A stretch of 64,000 nucleotides of DNA from an uncultured Gammaproteobacteria bacterium (GTDB lineage Bacteria; Pseudomonadota; Gammaproteobacteria; CAMYKB01): NCBI GenBank assembly GCA_947258875.1, contig CAMYKB010000015.1, positions 6,607 through 70,606 on the forward strand, in the 5' to 3' direction. The notes under the pieces are model-generated. The model had not been told where the DNA came from. It searched no databases and saw only the letters and a list, made by a program, of their open reading frames with translations. The position numbers were made by a program, and so were the translations under genes. Shown here piece by piece: positions 44,487 to 55,100 of the stretch (position 1 is the stretch's first letter; the number at the start of each line of letters is the position of its first letter).

Positions 44487-44517
44487 GCTATAAATCAATC
44501 GTTTACTGGATACCCGC
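44450..44517 (+). repeat. nested hairpin element between hyuB and asnB-like gene (REP/MITE-like)
   Basis: atttccgc-gtag-gcggaaat (44450-44469, dRS3-like ATTTCC-N8-GGAAAT geometry). Also a larger imperfect inverted repeat gcggaaatccagt (44462-44474) / actggatacccgc (44505-44517). Confidence 0.5.
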
Positions 44518-44543
44518 CTCGGCTTTGGCATCCTGCGTCGCTT

Positions 44544-46328
44544 ATGTGTGGTATCAGCGGTGAATTACGTTTAGACGGGCAGCGGCCGGATATGGCTGCG
44601 ATGCAGCGTATGCTGGAGAAGTTGCAGCGCCGGGGTCCGGATAATGAAGGTCGTTACAGTGAGGGGCCGCTGGCACTTGGTCATCGGCGTCTGTCGGTAA
44701 TCGACCTTTCCGCTGCGGCTAATCAGCCCATGGTCGATGATGAACTCGGTCTGGTGCTGGTATTCAACGGTACGATCTATAACTATCCGGAACTGCGTGA
44801 GGAATTGCAGGCCAGGGGCTATCATTTTTTCTCGCACGGCGATACCGAGGTGATCCTCAAGGCCTATCACGCCTGGGGTGAGGGCTGTGTTGAACGTTTT
44901 AACGGCATCTTCGCCTTTGCGGTCTGGGACAAACGTGCGCAGCAGTTGTTTGTGGCGCGTGACCGTCTTGGTATCAAACCATTTTACTACAGTCTCGATC
45001 AAAGCCGGTTGCGTTTTGCATCTAATGTACAAGCGCTGTTGGCGGCTGGCGATGTCGATACCTCGTTTGATCCGGTTGGCCTGCATCATCATTTGACACT
45101 GCACGCAGTTGTCCCGGCACCACACACGATCCTCAAGGGTGTTCGCAAATTACAGCCGGCACATACCCTTACGATCAAACTCAATGGCGAGCAGACATTA
45201 CGCCGCTACTGGTCGTTGAGTGCGACCCGCCCGGCACAGGCGCGAACCGATGATGAATGGGTGGAAATGATTCGCGAAGCGCTTTTCAAGGCGGTTGACC
45301 GCCGGCTTCGCATCGCGGATGTGCCGGTAGGTGTATTGCTCTCGGGTGGCCTCGATTCAAGTCTGCTGGTCGGTCTGCTGGCAGAATCCGGTGTTAAGGA
45401 TTTAAAAACCTACACGGTCGGTTTCGAGGACCAGCCCGAAGAAAAAGGCAGCGAGTTCGAGTATTCCGATCCGGTAGCGGAACGCTTCGGTACCGAGCAC
45501 CACAAGTTTCATGTCCCTAACCATGACCTGATTGACCGTCTACCCGAGGCCATTGATCACATGGCTGAACCCATGGTGGCGCAGGATGCAGTGGCCTTCT
45601 ATCTGCTTTCTGAGAGGGTGAGCCAGGACGTCAAGGTAGTGCAGAGCGGGCAGGGCGCCGACGAGGTGTTTGGTGGTTACTTCTGGTATCCCCTCATGGA
45701 TGCGGAACCGGGCGGCGACCTGGTGCGTTTTCGTAAACATTATTTTGACCGCAGTCATGCCGAGATCACACAGGCGCTCGGCAGCGAGTATGTCAGTGAA
45801 GACGTCACCTCGGAACTGGTGCAAGAATTATTGGCTGCGCCGCAGGCCGATAGCTTTCTCGACAAGGTGCTGCGCATGGATGTGACCACACTGATCGTGG
45901 ATGATCCGGTGAAGCGGGTCGATAACATGACCATGGCCTGGGGGCTGGAGGCACGGGTGCCGTTTCTGGATCATGAACTGGTCGAGGCCGCCATGCAGAT
46001 GCCGCCCGAGCTCAAGCTAAAGGAGCAAGGCAAGTACCCGCTGAAGCGCATCGCGCGCGGCCTGCTGCCGGATAGCGTGATCGACCGTCCAAAGGGCTAT
46101 TTTCCGGTTCCGGCGCTAAAATATGTGCGCGGTGATTTCCTCGCTATGATGCGTGAGGCGCTGAATAGCGAGGCTTGCCGACAACGTGGGCTGTTTCAAC
46201 GGCCATACATCGAGCGCTTGCTGGCTGATCCCGAAGGGAATTTGACGCCGATACGCGGTAATAAGCTATGGCATATGGCGTTGCTGGAACTCTGGCTGCA
46301 ACGTAATGTCGATTCTGTGATTTCTTAA
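44544..46328 (+). CDS. glutamine-hydrolysing asparagine synthase family protein (AsnO / N-acetylglutaminylglutamine amidotransferase-like)
   Basis: MCGISGE (Ntn Cys2), LSGGLDSS (PP-loop), DDPVKRVDNMTMAWGLEARVPFLD, LTPIRGNKLWHMALLELWL. Strongly resembles the AsnO-type sequence I recall from Pseudomonas. Confidence 0.75.
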   Translation: MCGISGELRLDGQRPDMAAMQRMLEKLQRRGPDNEGRYSEGPLALGHRRLSVIDLSAAANQPMVDDELGLVLVFNGTIYNYPELREELQARGYHFFSHGDTEVILKAYHAWGEGCVERFNGIFAFAVWDKRAQQLFVARDRLGIKPFYYSLDQSRLRFASNVQALLAAGDVDTSFDPVGLHHHLTLHAVVPAPHTILKGVRKLQPAHTLTIKLNGEQTLRRYWSLSATRPAQARTDDEWVEMIREALFKAVDRRLRIADVPVGVLLSGGLDSSLLVGLLAESGVKDLKTYTVGFEDQPEEKGSEFEYSDPVAERFGTEHHKFHVPNHDLIDRLPEAIDHMAEPMVAQDAVAFYLLSERVSQDVKVVQSGQGADEVFGGYFWYPLMDAEPGGDLVRFRKHYFDRSHAEITQALGSEYVSEDVTSELVQELLAAPQADSFLDKVLRMDVTTLIVDDPVKRVDNMTMAWGLEARVPFLDHELVEAAMQMPPELKLKEQGKYPLKRIARGLLPDSVIDRPKGYFPVPALKYVRGDFLAMMREALNSEACRQRGLFQRPYIERLLADPEGNLTPIRGNKLWHMALLELWLQRNVDSVIS

Positions 46329-46496
46329 GGATTCTCTGATTGATTCTCAGTGATTCTGCGCTCAGATCATCCGTTCACGACCTGGGCGGAAGATCTTGAA
46401 TAACCGTATAAACTGGCTGGTTCTTTTTAGGCTGCGCTACCGTTAGACTAGCCGCAAGTAATACACAATGTGATCCCAGTGATCGAGAGGTAACCA

Positions 46497-46826
46497 ATGG
46501 ACGTGTTAGAACGCATTAAAGAGCAAGTTGAATCCAATCCGGTCATTGTCTACATGAAAGGTACGCCGCAGATGCCGCAGTGCGGGTTCTCTAGTCGTAC
46601 CGCAGCGGCGCTGCAGCAATGTGGAGAGGAATTCGCGTATGTGAATGTCCTGATGGATCCGGAAATATTCCAGAATTTGCCGCAGTTTGCCAACTGGCCT
46701 ACATTCCCGCAGGTATATATTAACGGTGAGTTGATAGGTGGTTGCGACATCACCCTTGAGATGTTTGAAAAAGGCGAGTTGCAGAAGATGGTCAAGGAGG
46801 CGGTTGCCACTAATAAAGGCACCTGA
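46497..46826 (+). CDS. grxD: monothiol glutaredoxin (Grx4 family)
   Basis: PV.VYMKGTPQMPQCGFS active site, WPTFPQ.YI.GEL.GG.D. Confidence 0.9.
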   Translation: MDVLERIKEQVESNPVIVYMKGTPQMPQCGFSSRTAAALQQCGEEFAYVNVLMDPEIFQNLPQFANWPTFPQVYINGELIGGCDITLEMFEKGELQKMVKEAVATNKGT

Positions 46827-46841
46827 TAATCATTACAGAAC

Positions 46842-46875
46842 AAAAAACGCCCCGCACTGCGGGGCGTTTTTTTTT
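46842..46875. terminator. bidirectional rho-independent terminator
   Basis: aaaaaacgccccgc-act-gcggggcgttttttttt, between convergent grxD and the REC-GGDEF gene. Confidence 0.85.
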
Positions 46876-46889
46876 ATTATCAGCGCTTG

Positions 46890-47846
46890 TCAGTCTGAGA
46901 CGATTTGATTCTTGCCCCTTTGTTTTGCAGCCGCCAGATTTTGATCGGCACGTTCTATGATCTGTTCTGCGGAGATATCATCTTCACCATGGCGCATGAT
47001 GGCAGTACCTGCAGAGGCCGTCACTGAAATGGGGCCTTCCTGTGTTTCGATAGCGTGCTGGTTGATAGCCTGTAACACGCGGTCGTAGACGCTTGCCTTG
47101 AATCCAACCGTATCCTGAAAATGGAGTATGGTCGCAAATTCTTCACCGCTGGTGCGCACCAGGACATCGGTAGGGCGTAAAGTTTCCTTTAACCGCCTGG
47201 CAACCGCGGTGATGACGTGGTCGCCTGTGTCATAGCTGTGTATCTCGTTGATATCGGCAAAATCATCCACGTTAATGAGCATCAGGCTGAGGCCGCCGCC
47301 ACGTGTTCTTACCATTTGCAGCAGCGCTTCCAGCTGTTGAACCAGGAAACGCCGGTTGCCGAGTCCGGTAAGCGTGTCGGTTGTAGATGTTTCCAGCAGG
47401 TGCTGGTTAGCGACATCAAGTGCTGTTGATGTCGCTAACAGGGCGTTCTGTAAGCCGGCAATGCGGCCAGCCGCATAGACTCTGGCCGCCAGTTCTTTTT
47501 GGTTAATAGGTTTGGTGAGATAATCATCGACGCCGCGCTTGAATGCCTCAATCATGGCTTCTTCGCCTTCCTTGCCGGTAAACAGGATCACTGAGGTATA
47601 GTGACCGCTTGCATCATCGCGTTCGCGTATCGCATCTGTCAATTCCAGGCCGCTCATTTCAGGCATTACCCAGTCAGCAAGTACCACATCGGAACGTCGC
47701 CGGCTTAGCATCTCCAGGGCATGATTGGCGCTCTCAGCCAGCCGAATGTCGTGATATCCGCCCGCCTTTTTCAGATGGCTTTGCATTACCTTGCGGCTAA
47801 ATTGCATATCATCAACGATGAGGATGGATAGATCTTCTGTTTCCAT
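46890..47846 (-). CDS. response regulator with GGDEF output domain (A-site SGEEF)
   Basis: REC domain (ILIVDD, VLADWVMPEMSG, TGK) plus GGDEF domain (TGLGNRRF, INVDDFADINE, RTSGEEFATIL, AAAKQRGKNQ). Confidence 0.8.
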   Translation of the reverse strand: METEDLSILIVDDMQFSRKVMQSHLKKAGGYHDIRLAESANHALEMLSRRRSDVVLADWVMPEMSGLELTDAIRERDDASGHYTSVILFTGKEGEEAMIEAFKRGVDDYLTKPINQKELAARVYAAGRIAGLQNALLATSTALDVANQHLLETSTTDTLTGLGNRRFLVQQLEALLQMVRTRGGGLSLMLINVDDFADINEIHSYDTGDHVITAVARRLKETLRPTDVLVRTSGEEFATILHFQDTVGFKASVYDRVLQAINQHAIETQEGPISVTASAGTAIMRHGEDDISAEQIIERADQNLAAAKQRGKNQIVSD

Positions 47847-47872
47847 TTTAATACTTCTTCCAGTTATAAATT

Positions 47873-48532
47873 TTAATAGGCCTCAAAGCCAGCATAACTG
47901 CCGGTTTCGAAATTGTCAGCCTGCGTACGCCACTGGTTGGCGATACAACAAAATATCTCTGCCGTTTTGCTGGCATCATAAAGTGCAGAATGCGCTTCGT
48001 TATTGTCCCAGCCGATTTTAGCGGCCTGGGCGACACGTGCCAGCACGGTCTGTCCGTATGCGATTGCACCCAGTGACACTGTATCCAGGTTGCTGAACGG
48101 GTGAAATGGATTGCGCTTGATGCCGGTGCGTTCACTCGCCGCATTGATGAAATTCAGGTCGAAAGAGGCGTTATGACCGACCAGAATTGCACGTGTGCAT
48201 TCGTTGTTCTTGATCTCTGAGCGTATTGTTTTGAATAATTTACCCAGTGCATCGCGCTCTGGTAAAGCGATGCGCAAGGGGTGGAACGGTTTGATGCCGT
48301 TTACCTCCAGAGATGCGGCCTCAATATTGGCCCCTTCAAACGGTTGCACATGATAAGAAGCGGTGCCCGATGTTGATATAAACCCTTTGCTGTCCATCTG
48401 CAAAAACACTGCGGCGACTTCCAGCAGTGCATCGGTGTTTGCATTAAAGCCACCGGTCTCGACATCCACCACTACTGGCAGAAAGCCTCTGAACCGCTGG
48501 GCCATAGGTACGTAATCAGGATGATTGGCCAT
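47873..48532 (-). CDS. rnt: ribonuclease T
   Basis: [47 protein letters not shown]: near-collinear with the recalled E. coli RNase T. Confidence 0.9.
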   Translation of the reverse strand: MANHPDYVPMAQRFRGFLPVVVDVETGGFNANTDALLEVAAVFLQMDSKGFISTSGTASYHVQPFEGANIEAASLEVNGIKPFHPLRIALPERDALGKLFKTIRSEIKNNECTRAILVGHNASFDLNFINAASERTGIKRNPFHPFSNLDTVSLGAIAYGQTVLARVAQAAKIGWDNNEAHSALYDASKTAEIFCCIANQWRTQADNFETGSYAGFEAY

Positions 48533-48647
48533 TATCCCTAGCTTACCGGATCGTGACCATGAATGTGAAATACCATATATCGCTGTTTTGGTGTTGTCTG
48601 TCCGCGGGAAGGGCCAGGCTGGTGATCAGTTGTGTTTGGAGACTTAT

Positions 48648-49751
48648 TCAAGTAATACACCGCCAGTGGACATTGTCACCTGCGCGTAGCGGCACCAGGG
48701 CGCTGTTCCCGAGTGGGTATTCAGCCGGTACAGTCCAATCCTGCTTTTCCAGTGTGATGGTGTCAGTATTGACCGCAAGGCCATAGAAACGGGCACCGTT
48801 CAGGCTGGCGAAGGTTTCCAGTTTGTCGAGTGAGCCTGCCGCGTCAAAGGCTTCGGCATAGAACTCAATGCCGGCGTGGGCGCTGTAAATACCCGCGCAA
48901 CCGCAGGCCGATTCTTTCTGATGTTTGCCGTGCGGGGCACTGTCTGTGCCAAGGAAAAATTTTGGATTGCCGCTGATGGCGGCTTCAAGTAGTGCCTGAC
49001 GATGGGTTTCACGCTTGAGTACTGGCAGGCAGTAAAAATGCGGCCGCAAGCCACCGTGGAATAATGCGTTGCGGTTATACAGCAGATGCTGCGGTGTGAT
49101 AGTGGCGCCAAGCTTATCATTGCAGGAGAGTACAAAGTCTACGGCGGCACGGGTGGTGATATGCTCGAAGACGATCCTGAGCTGCGGATAGCGCTGATGC
49201 AGGGGCGCCAGGATGCGCTCAATGAAGACCTGTTCACGGTCAAAGACGTCGATATCGGGATCGACTACCTCGCCATGCACCAGCAATGGCAGCTGGTGTG
49301 CTTGCATCGCTTCCAGTGCCGGGTAGATCGCGTCGATACGAGTGACACCGGATTCTGAGTGCGTGGTTGCGCCAGCCGGATAGAGTTTGCAGGCATATAT
49401 CAGACCGCTATTATGCGCGCGCTTAATTTCTGCTGGCGTTGTCTGATCAGTCAGATACAGGGTCATGAGCGGTTTGAAGTGCATATTCGGCGGTATCGCG
49501 CGTATAATGCGCTGCCGGTATGCGCTGGCAAGTTCGGTGGTAGTGACCGGTGGCGCCAGATTGGGCATGATGATCGCGCGCGCAAAACGTTGCGCAGTGT
49601 GGGGAATAACTGAACTCAGTGCCTCGCCATCGCGCACATGGAGGTGCCAGTCGTCAGGCCGTATAATCGTGAGTGTTGTCGTCACTGGTTGGGCACAATG
49701 TGTGAGGTGTAAAGGCCGGTTGATTGTCGATATGGCATCACTTTTCTGCAT
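48648..49751 (-). CDS. pyrC: dihydroorotase (homodimeric class II type)
   Basis: [80 protein letters not shown]: collinear with the recalled E. coli PyrC. N-terminus about 20 aa longer, so the start is uncertain. Confidence 0.9.
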   Translation of the reverse strand: MQKSDAISTINRPLHLTHCAQPVTTTLTIIRPDDWHLHVRDGEALSSVIPHTAQRFARAIIMPNLAPPVTTTELASAYRQRIIRAIPPNMHFKPLMTLYLTDQTTPAEIKRAHNSGLIYACKLYPAGATTHSESGVTRIDAIYPALEAMQAHQLPLLVHGEVVDPDIDVFDREQVFIERILAPLHQRYPQLRIVFEHITTRAAVDFVLSCNDKLGATITPQHLLYNRNALFHGGLRPHFYCLPVLKRETHRQALLEAAISGNPKFFLGTDSAPHGKHQKESACGCAGIYSAHAGIEFYAEAFDAAGSLDKLETFASLNGARFYGLAVNTDTITLEKQDWTVPAEYPLGNSALVPLRAGDNVHWRCIT

Positions 49752-50058
49752 ATTATCATGACATTGCCTCTGACTTTATCGGGGATAGACAGAATTATGA
49801 TGAGTCTCTGCATTATTATTCGTGCCGCGCAGTGATGGTATTTGCTTAATATATGTTCTCTCCAAAGTGATCGGGAGAGATTTTAACTGAATGATGCGCA
49901 CGTCATGACAGCCATTGCCAGCTGGTTTTAACCAAATCCGTAAAAAATCGCTAATTATAACATGCTGATTTATATGTATTTATAAAAAACAAGCGTGAAT
50001 TTCAGTGGTCAGTCGTGTATATAGTCGCGCTTTATTTTGCTTTTAAGGGGGCAAAACT

Positions 50059-51063
50059 ATGTCGTTGAAGATAGACGACAAGAAACGTTTACTACGCGAG
50101 ATGTTGTTCTCGCGGCGCTTTGAAGAGCGTTGTTATGAAGCCTATGTGGAGCGCAAGATAGGCGGCTTCCTGCACCTGTATCCGGGGCAGGAAGCCTGTG
50201 CTCATGGCGTGCTGGAGGCAGCACGCCCGGGTTTCGATTACGTTATAACCAGTTATCGTGATCATGTGCATGCCCTTAAATGCGGTGCTGACCCGAAGGC
50301 GGTCATGGCTGAATTGTTTGCCAAGGAAACTGGCATCTGTAAAGGCCGCGGGGGGTCCATGCATATATTTGACGTGGACAAACACTTCATGGGCGGCTAT
50401 GCCCTCGTCGGTGGGCCCTTCCCGTTGGCTGCCGGTATCGCCAAGGCATTACAGTTGCAGAAGCGTGAGGAGATCGCGGTGTGTTTCCTGGGTGATGCCG
50501 CCAATAATCAGGGCACCTTCCACGAATCACTGAATATGGCTGCCTTATGGAACCTGCCGGTGCTCTATGTCTGTGAGAATAATCTCTATGGCATTGGCAC
50601 TCGCATCGACCGTTCCACGGCGGTCGTCGATCAATACAAGCGAGTGTCCGGTTACGGTATCGCTGCCGAGCAGATTGACGGTCAGGACGTGGAAGCGGTC
50701 TATGCCGCTGCAGTCAAGGCCGTCAAACATGTACGCAGTGGCAAGGGACCGTTTTTCCTGGAATTGATGACCTACCGCTACCGTGGTCACTCCATGTCAG
50801 ATTCCAACGCCTATCGCGAAAAAGCTGAAGAACGTCGCTGGAGTAAGCGTGACCCCATTATCATGCTGCGTGACCGTCTGATTGAGGCCGGCAAGCTGAC
50901 ACGAGAGGATTACAAAGCGCTGGATGACGAGATCCTGGAAGAGATCGAAAATGAAATCATCAAGTTCGCCGAAGAATCACCCGAACCGGATGTTGCTGAA
51001 CTCGAAAAATACGTGTTCGCGGAGAACGATCCCTGGGTAAATGGAGGTCCGGCCAATGGCTGA
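50059..51063 (+). CDS. pdhA: 2-oxoacid (pyruvate/acetoin-type) dehydrogenase E1 alpha subunit
   Basis: GFLHLY.GQEA, GRGGSMH, TPP motif GDAANNQGTFHESLN.A.LW.LP..YVCENN, YRY.GHSMSD. Confidence 0.85.
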   Translation: MSLKIDDKKRLLREMLFSRRFEERCYEAYVERKIGGFLHLYPGQEACAHGVLEAARPGFDYVITSYRDHVHALKCGADPKAVMAELFAKETGICKGRGGSMHIFDVDKHFMGGYALVGGPFPLAAGIAKALQLQKREEIAVCFLGDAANNQGTFHESLNMAALWNLPVLYVCENNLYGIGTRIDRSTAVVDQYKRVSGYGIAAEQIDGQDVEAVYAAAVKAVKHVRSGKGPFFLELMTYRYRGHSMSDSNAYREKAEERRWSKRDPIIMLRDRLIEAGKLTREDYKALDDEILEEIENEIIKFAEESPEPDVAELEKYVFAENDPWVNGGPANG

Positions 51064-52036
51064 AATCATGTTTTGGGAAGCTGTGCGCCGCGCACACGAT
51101 GAAGAGATGACCAATGATCCGAACGTCATCTGCATGGGTGAAGATATTGGAGTGGTGGGTGGTACTTACAAGGCCACCAAGGGTCTGTATGACAAATACG
51201 GTCCCGAGCGTGTCATTGATACGCCAATTTCCGAGAACAGTTACACCGGCCTGGGTATCGGCGCTTCGTTCCTGGGTGTGCGCCCAATCATCGAAATCAT
51301 GTCAGTGAATTTCGCCTGGCTTGCATTGGATCAGATTGCCAACAGTGCCGCCAAGGTGCGTTACATGTCGGGCGGACAGCTGGTAGCACCAGTGGTGGTG
51401 CGTTCACCCGGTGGTACAGCTCACCAGTTGGGTGCGCAGCATTCGGCGCGTATGGAAAAGGTCTTTATGGGAGTGGCCGGACTGCGGGTAGTGACGCCTT
51501 CAACGCCCAAGCAGGCTTATGGCATGCTCAAGTCCGCGGTGCGTTGTGAAGACCCGGTGTTCATCAATGAACACGAGTTGATGTACAACATGAAGGGCGA
51601 AGTCCCCGATGAAGAATATTTCCATCCACTGGAAGGTTCAGAAACCGTGCGCGAGGGCCGTGATGTCACCCTCTTTGGTTACAATATTTCAGTACACTGG
51701 TGCCTGCAGGCTGCTGAACAATTGTCACAAAAGCACGGTATCGAAGCCGAGGTAATTGACCTCTATTCACTGTCACCGCTCGATCGCCAGGGCATTACCA
51801 AATCGGTCAGCAAGACACATCGCGCTGTGGTGGTCGAAGAGGCGGAACCAATAGTAGGTGTCGGGGCGGAGGTGATGGCGATCATTAATGAAGAGTGTTT
51901 CTTCGAGCTGGATGCGCCTCCCATGCGCGTTTCTGCAGTGCATGTACCGATCCCATACAACCACACAATGGAAAAGGCAGCGATTCCAAATGCCAAAGAT
52001 GTGGTGGCTGCCGTATTGAAGATGTTCGGCAAATAG
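51056..52036 (+). CDS. pdhB: 2-oxoacid dehydrogenase E1 beta subunit
   Basis: V..MGEDIG..GG.YK.TKGL..K.GPERV.DTPISE, P.VVRSPGG, transketolase-C-like tail. The ATG at 51056 overlaps the E1-alpha stop. Confidence 0.85.
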   Translation: MAEIMFWEAVRRAHDEEMTNDPNVICMGEDIGVVGGTYKATKGLYDKYGPERVIDTPISENSYTGLGIGASFLGVRPIIEIMSVNFAWLALDQIANSAAKVRYMSGGQLVAPVVVRSPGGTAHQLGAQHSARMEKVFMGVAGLRVVTPSTPKQAYGMLKSAVRCEDPVFINEHELMYNMKGEVPDEEYFHPLEGSETVREGRDVTLFGYNISVHWCLQAAEQLSQKHGIEAEVIDLYSLSPLDRQGITKSVSKTHRAVVVEEAEPIVGVGAEVMAIINEECFFELDAPPMRVSAVHVPIPYNHTMEKAAIPNAKDVVAAVLKMFGK

Positions 52037-52110
52037 AAGCCGCTATCCATCCAGAAGGGCCTGTGGCCGGCGGTGTCACAGACCCTTAAAATTCTGTTCA
52101 GGAACAACCT

Positions 52111-55100
52111 ATGTCTGCACCCTATGTCATAAAAATGCCCCAGCTTTCAGACACCATGACTGAGGGTGTGTTGGTAAGTTGGGAAAAACAACTCGGCGAC
52201 AAGGTGGAGCGGGGCGACATTGTTGCCACAGTGGAAACCGATAAGGCCATTATGGATGTCGAGGTGTTTCGTGATGGTTATTTGTCCGGTCCCCTCGAGG
52301 ACGTGGATAGCGTGATTGCCGTGGGTGGTGCAATCGGGTTTTTGGTTGCATCCGAAGCTGAAGTGCAAGCCAGTGGCGAAGCTGTGGCGACGGTTGCTGC
52401 CGAGCCGGCGGATGATGCTGGAACTGTCTTGGAAGTACAGAACACTGTCGATGAGACGCCAACCGGCGCAAGTCATGTCGTCAAGATGCCGCAGCTCTCC
52501 GATACGATGACCGAGGGCGTGGTCGTGAGTTGGGAGAAGCAACTTGGCGACAAGATAGAACGTGGTGATATCGTTGCCACGGTAGAGACCGACAAGGCCA
52601 TCATGGACGTCGAAGTGTTTCGTGAGGGCTATTTGTCCGGGCCGTTGGCGGAGATCGACAGCGTGGTACAGGTTGGTGACGCCATGGCCTATCTGGTAAC
52701 CGAGGCCGGTCAGGTCGTTGAAAAGACGTCCGTTGCCAAAATCGCGGGTAAACAAACTAGACAGGCGCCGAGTGCCACCAGTCCTTCCGAGTTGGCGCCG
52801 CGCCATGAGATAGCGACAGCGCATCCGGCGGCCGGGCATAAAGCGCCTCCACTGCAGAGCGATGCTGTGCCCGTTCCACGCCCCGTGAACAAATATGCTA
52901 CACCACTGGCGCGCAAACTTGCGGGCCAGATGCATGTGAATCTCAATACGGTGTCGGCCAGTGGCCCATTGGGCGTCATCGTCGCTAATGATGTGGCGCA
53001 TGCGCAACCCATCCATCGGCCAGTGGAAGTCGTGCCACAGACAGCGGCGCATAACCTGCCTGAAGTTCAAGTGCCTGGTGCCGGTCGGCAAATGTCGGCC
53101 ATGGAGCGTGCTGTCAGCCAGAACATGACAGCGGCACTCACCATGCCGACCTTTGACACCACGATGCACGCTGATCCCTCACGTCTCATCACGTCAGCGA
53201 AAAAACTCGGTGTATCCGTTACCGTCGCAATTGCCAAGGCCTGTGCTGAAGCAATCAAGCAACAACCGACCATGAACTGGTGCTACCAGCCGGTCGATAA
53301 AATCGTCGAGCGCGACAATATTGATATCGGCATGGCAGTCGCTACCGAGGGTGGTGGGCTGGTAACACCAGTACTGCGCCATTGTGAGTCACGAAATGTT
53401 GAGGATCTGAATGCTGAGTGGAAAGAACTGGTGGACCGGGCCCGTAAGCGCCGCCTGAAACAGGAAGAGTACACCAACTCTACGTTCCAGATTTCCAATC
53501 TCGGTATGTTTGGCGTATCGCAATTCAATGCCATCCCGACCCCTGGTCTGGGCGCGATCCTGGCTCTTTCCGCGGCCAGTGAGGCAGGCATGCCGTTGAC
53601 GGTTACCGCCGATCATCGTGTCATTAATGGTGCGGAGGTCGCCCAGTTTCTGCAATTCTTGAAAGAAAGTATTGAACACCCTGAACGCTGGATGGGTCCC
53701 TTAGGGCCGGCGATCCCCGAGGGTGATTGGGACTACGATGTTGTGGTTATTGGCGGTGGGCCGGGTGGTGAGGATTGCGCCCGCGACCTGGTGGCGCACG
53801 GTATCAAAGTTGCCATGATTAATGATTCTCCCTACCCTGGTGGCGAATGCCTGTGGCGGGGTTGTATTCCTTCCAAGGCCTGGCGCAATGCTGCCGATCG
53901 CATACGTGATCGCGCACATGATGCGCATCTGGGTATCGAAGGCACGACATCCGCGAAGCTCAACTGGAAAAACCTCGAAAAAACCCGTCGCGGTATTCTG
54001 GAAACGCGCGGTCAGATGGCGTTGAACACGGATAAAGGTGTCAAGATCAAAGTAATTCAAGGGTTGGCGTCATTTGTCGGCGACCATCGCGTGTTTGTCG
54101 ATACCAGTGGCAATAACAATGATCCGCATGTACGGGCGGCCCAAGGTGATGGTAACAAGAGCGATGGCAGCAAAGGAGAGCATCTGAGTTTTGGTGCAGC
54201 GATAATCGCCACTGGCGCACCGCCGTTTGTGCCGCCGATACCGGGTGCACACGAAGGACTTCACTCCGGCGCTGTGCTGACCTCTGATACCGTGTGGGGA
54301 TTGGATCAGCCCCCCAAAAAACTGGCCATTATCGGTGGCGGTGCCATTGGGGTAGAGATGGCGCAGATCTTCCAGGATTTCGGCTGCAAGGTAACCTTGC
54401 TCGAGGCGCAACCGCGCATTCTTGCCGAAGTGGAGTCGGAGATTGCCAAGCAACTCACCGATATATTGAATGATGATGCGAACCTGAGCGTGCACACCGG
54501 TGTGCAGTTGAAAAAAATCGAAGGTGAACCTGGCAAGGTCAAACTCAGCTATGCTGATGCGGAGGGCAAACTACGCAGCATGACAGTAGAACGGGTCATC
54601 ATGGCCACTGGTAAGCGCCCGCAACTGGATGGTTTGCAGTTATCGAATGCCGGAGTGGAGATCGATGGTGCCGTGATCAAGACGGATAGCCAGTGCCGCA
54701 CATCGGTGCCGCATATCTTCGCTGCGGGCGATGTGATTGGTGGTCTGATGCTGGCACATACTGCTGGACAACAGGGCCGGGTTGCGGCTGCTGCATTACT
54801 TGGTGAGGATTTGCGGTATCAGGAACACAAGGACTGTGGCGTTATCTTTACCCGTCCACAGGCGGCGTTCGTCGGGTTGTCTCTGCAGCAGGCGAAAGCA
54901 AAAAATATTGATGCCGTTGAGGTCAAGGTGCCGATGAATATCGATGCCAAGGCCATGATAACCAATGAAACGCATGGCCTGATCAAGATGGTGGTCGACA
55001 AAAAAAGTCAACGCATTATCGGTGTGCACTTCCTGGCCGATCATGCGGATACCCTGATCGGCGAAGCCGTAATGATGGTGTCAGGTGATATGAGCCTGGA

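Noticed and set aside
52147-53169. 340-aa ORF antisense to the E2 region of the E2-E3 gene.
   Set aside because: The sense strand carries unmistakable lipoyl, PSBD and catalytic motifs. The antisense translation is Arg/His/Gly-rich low-information sequence with no motifs. This is the typical shadow ORF of a codon-biased gene.
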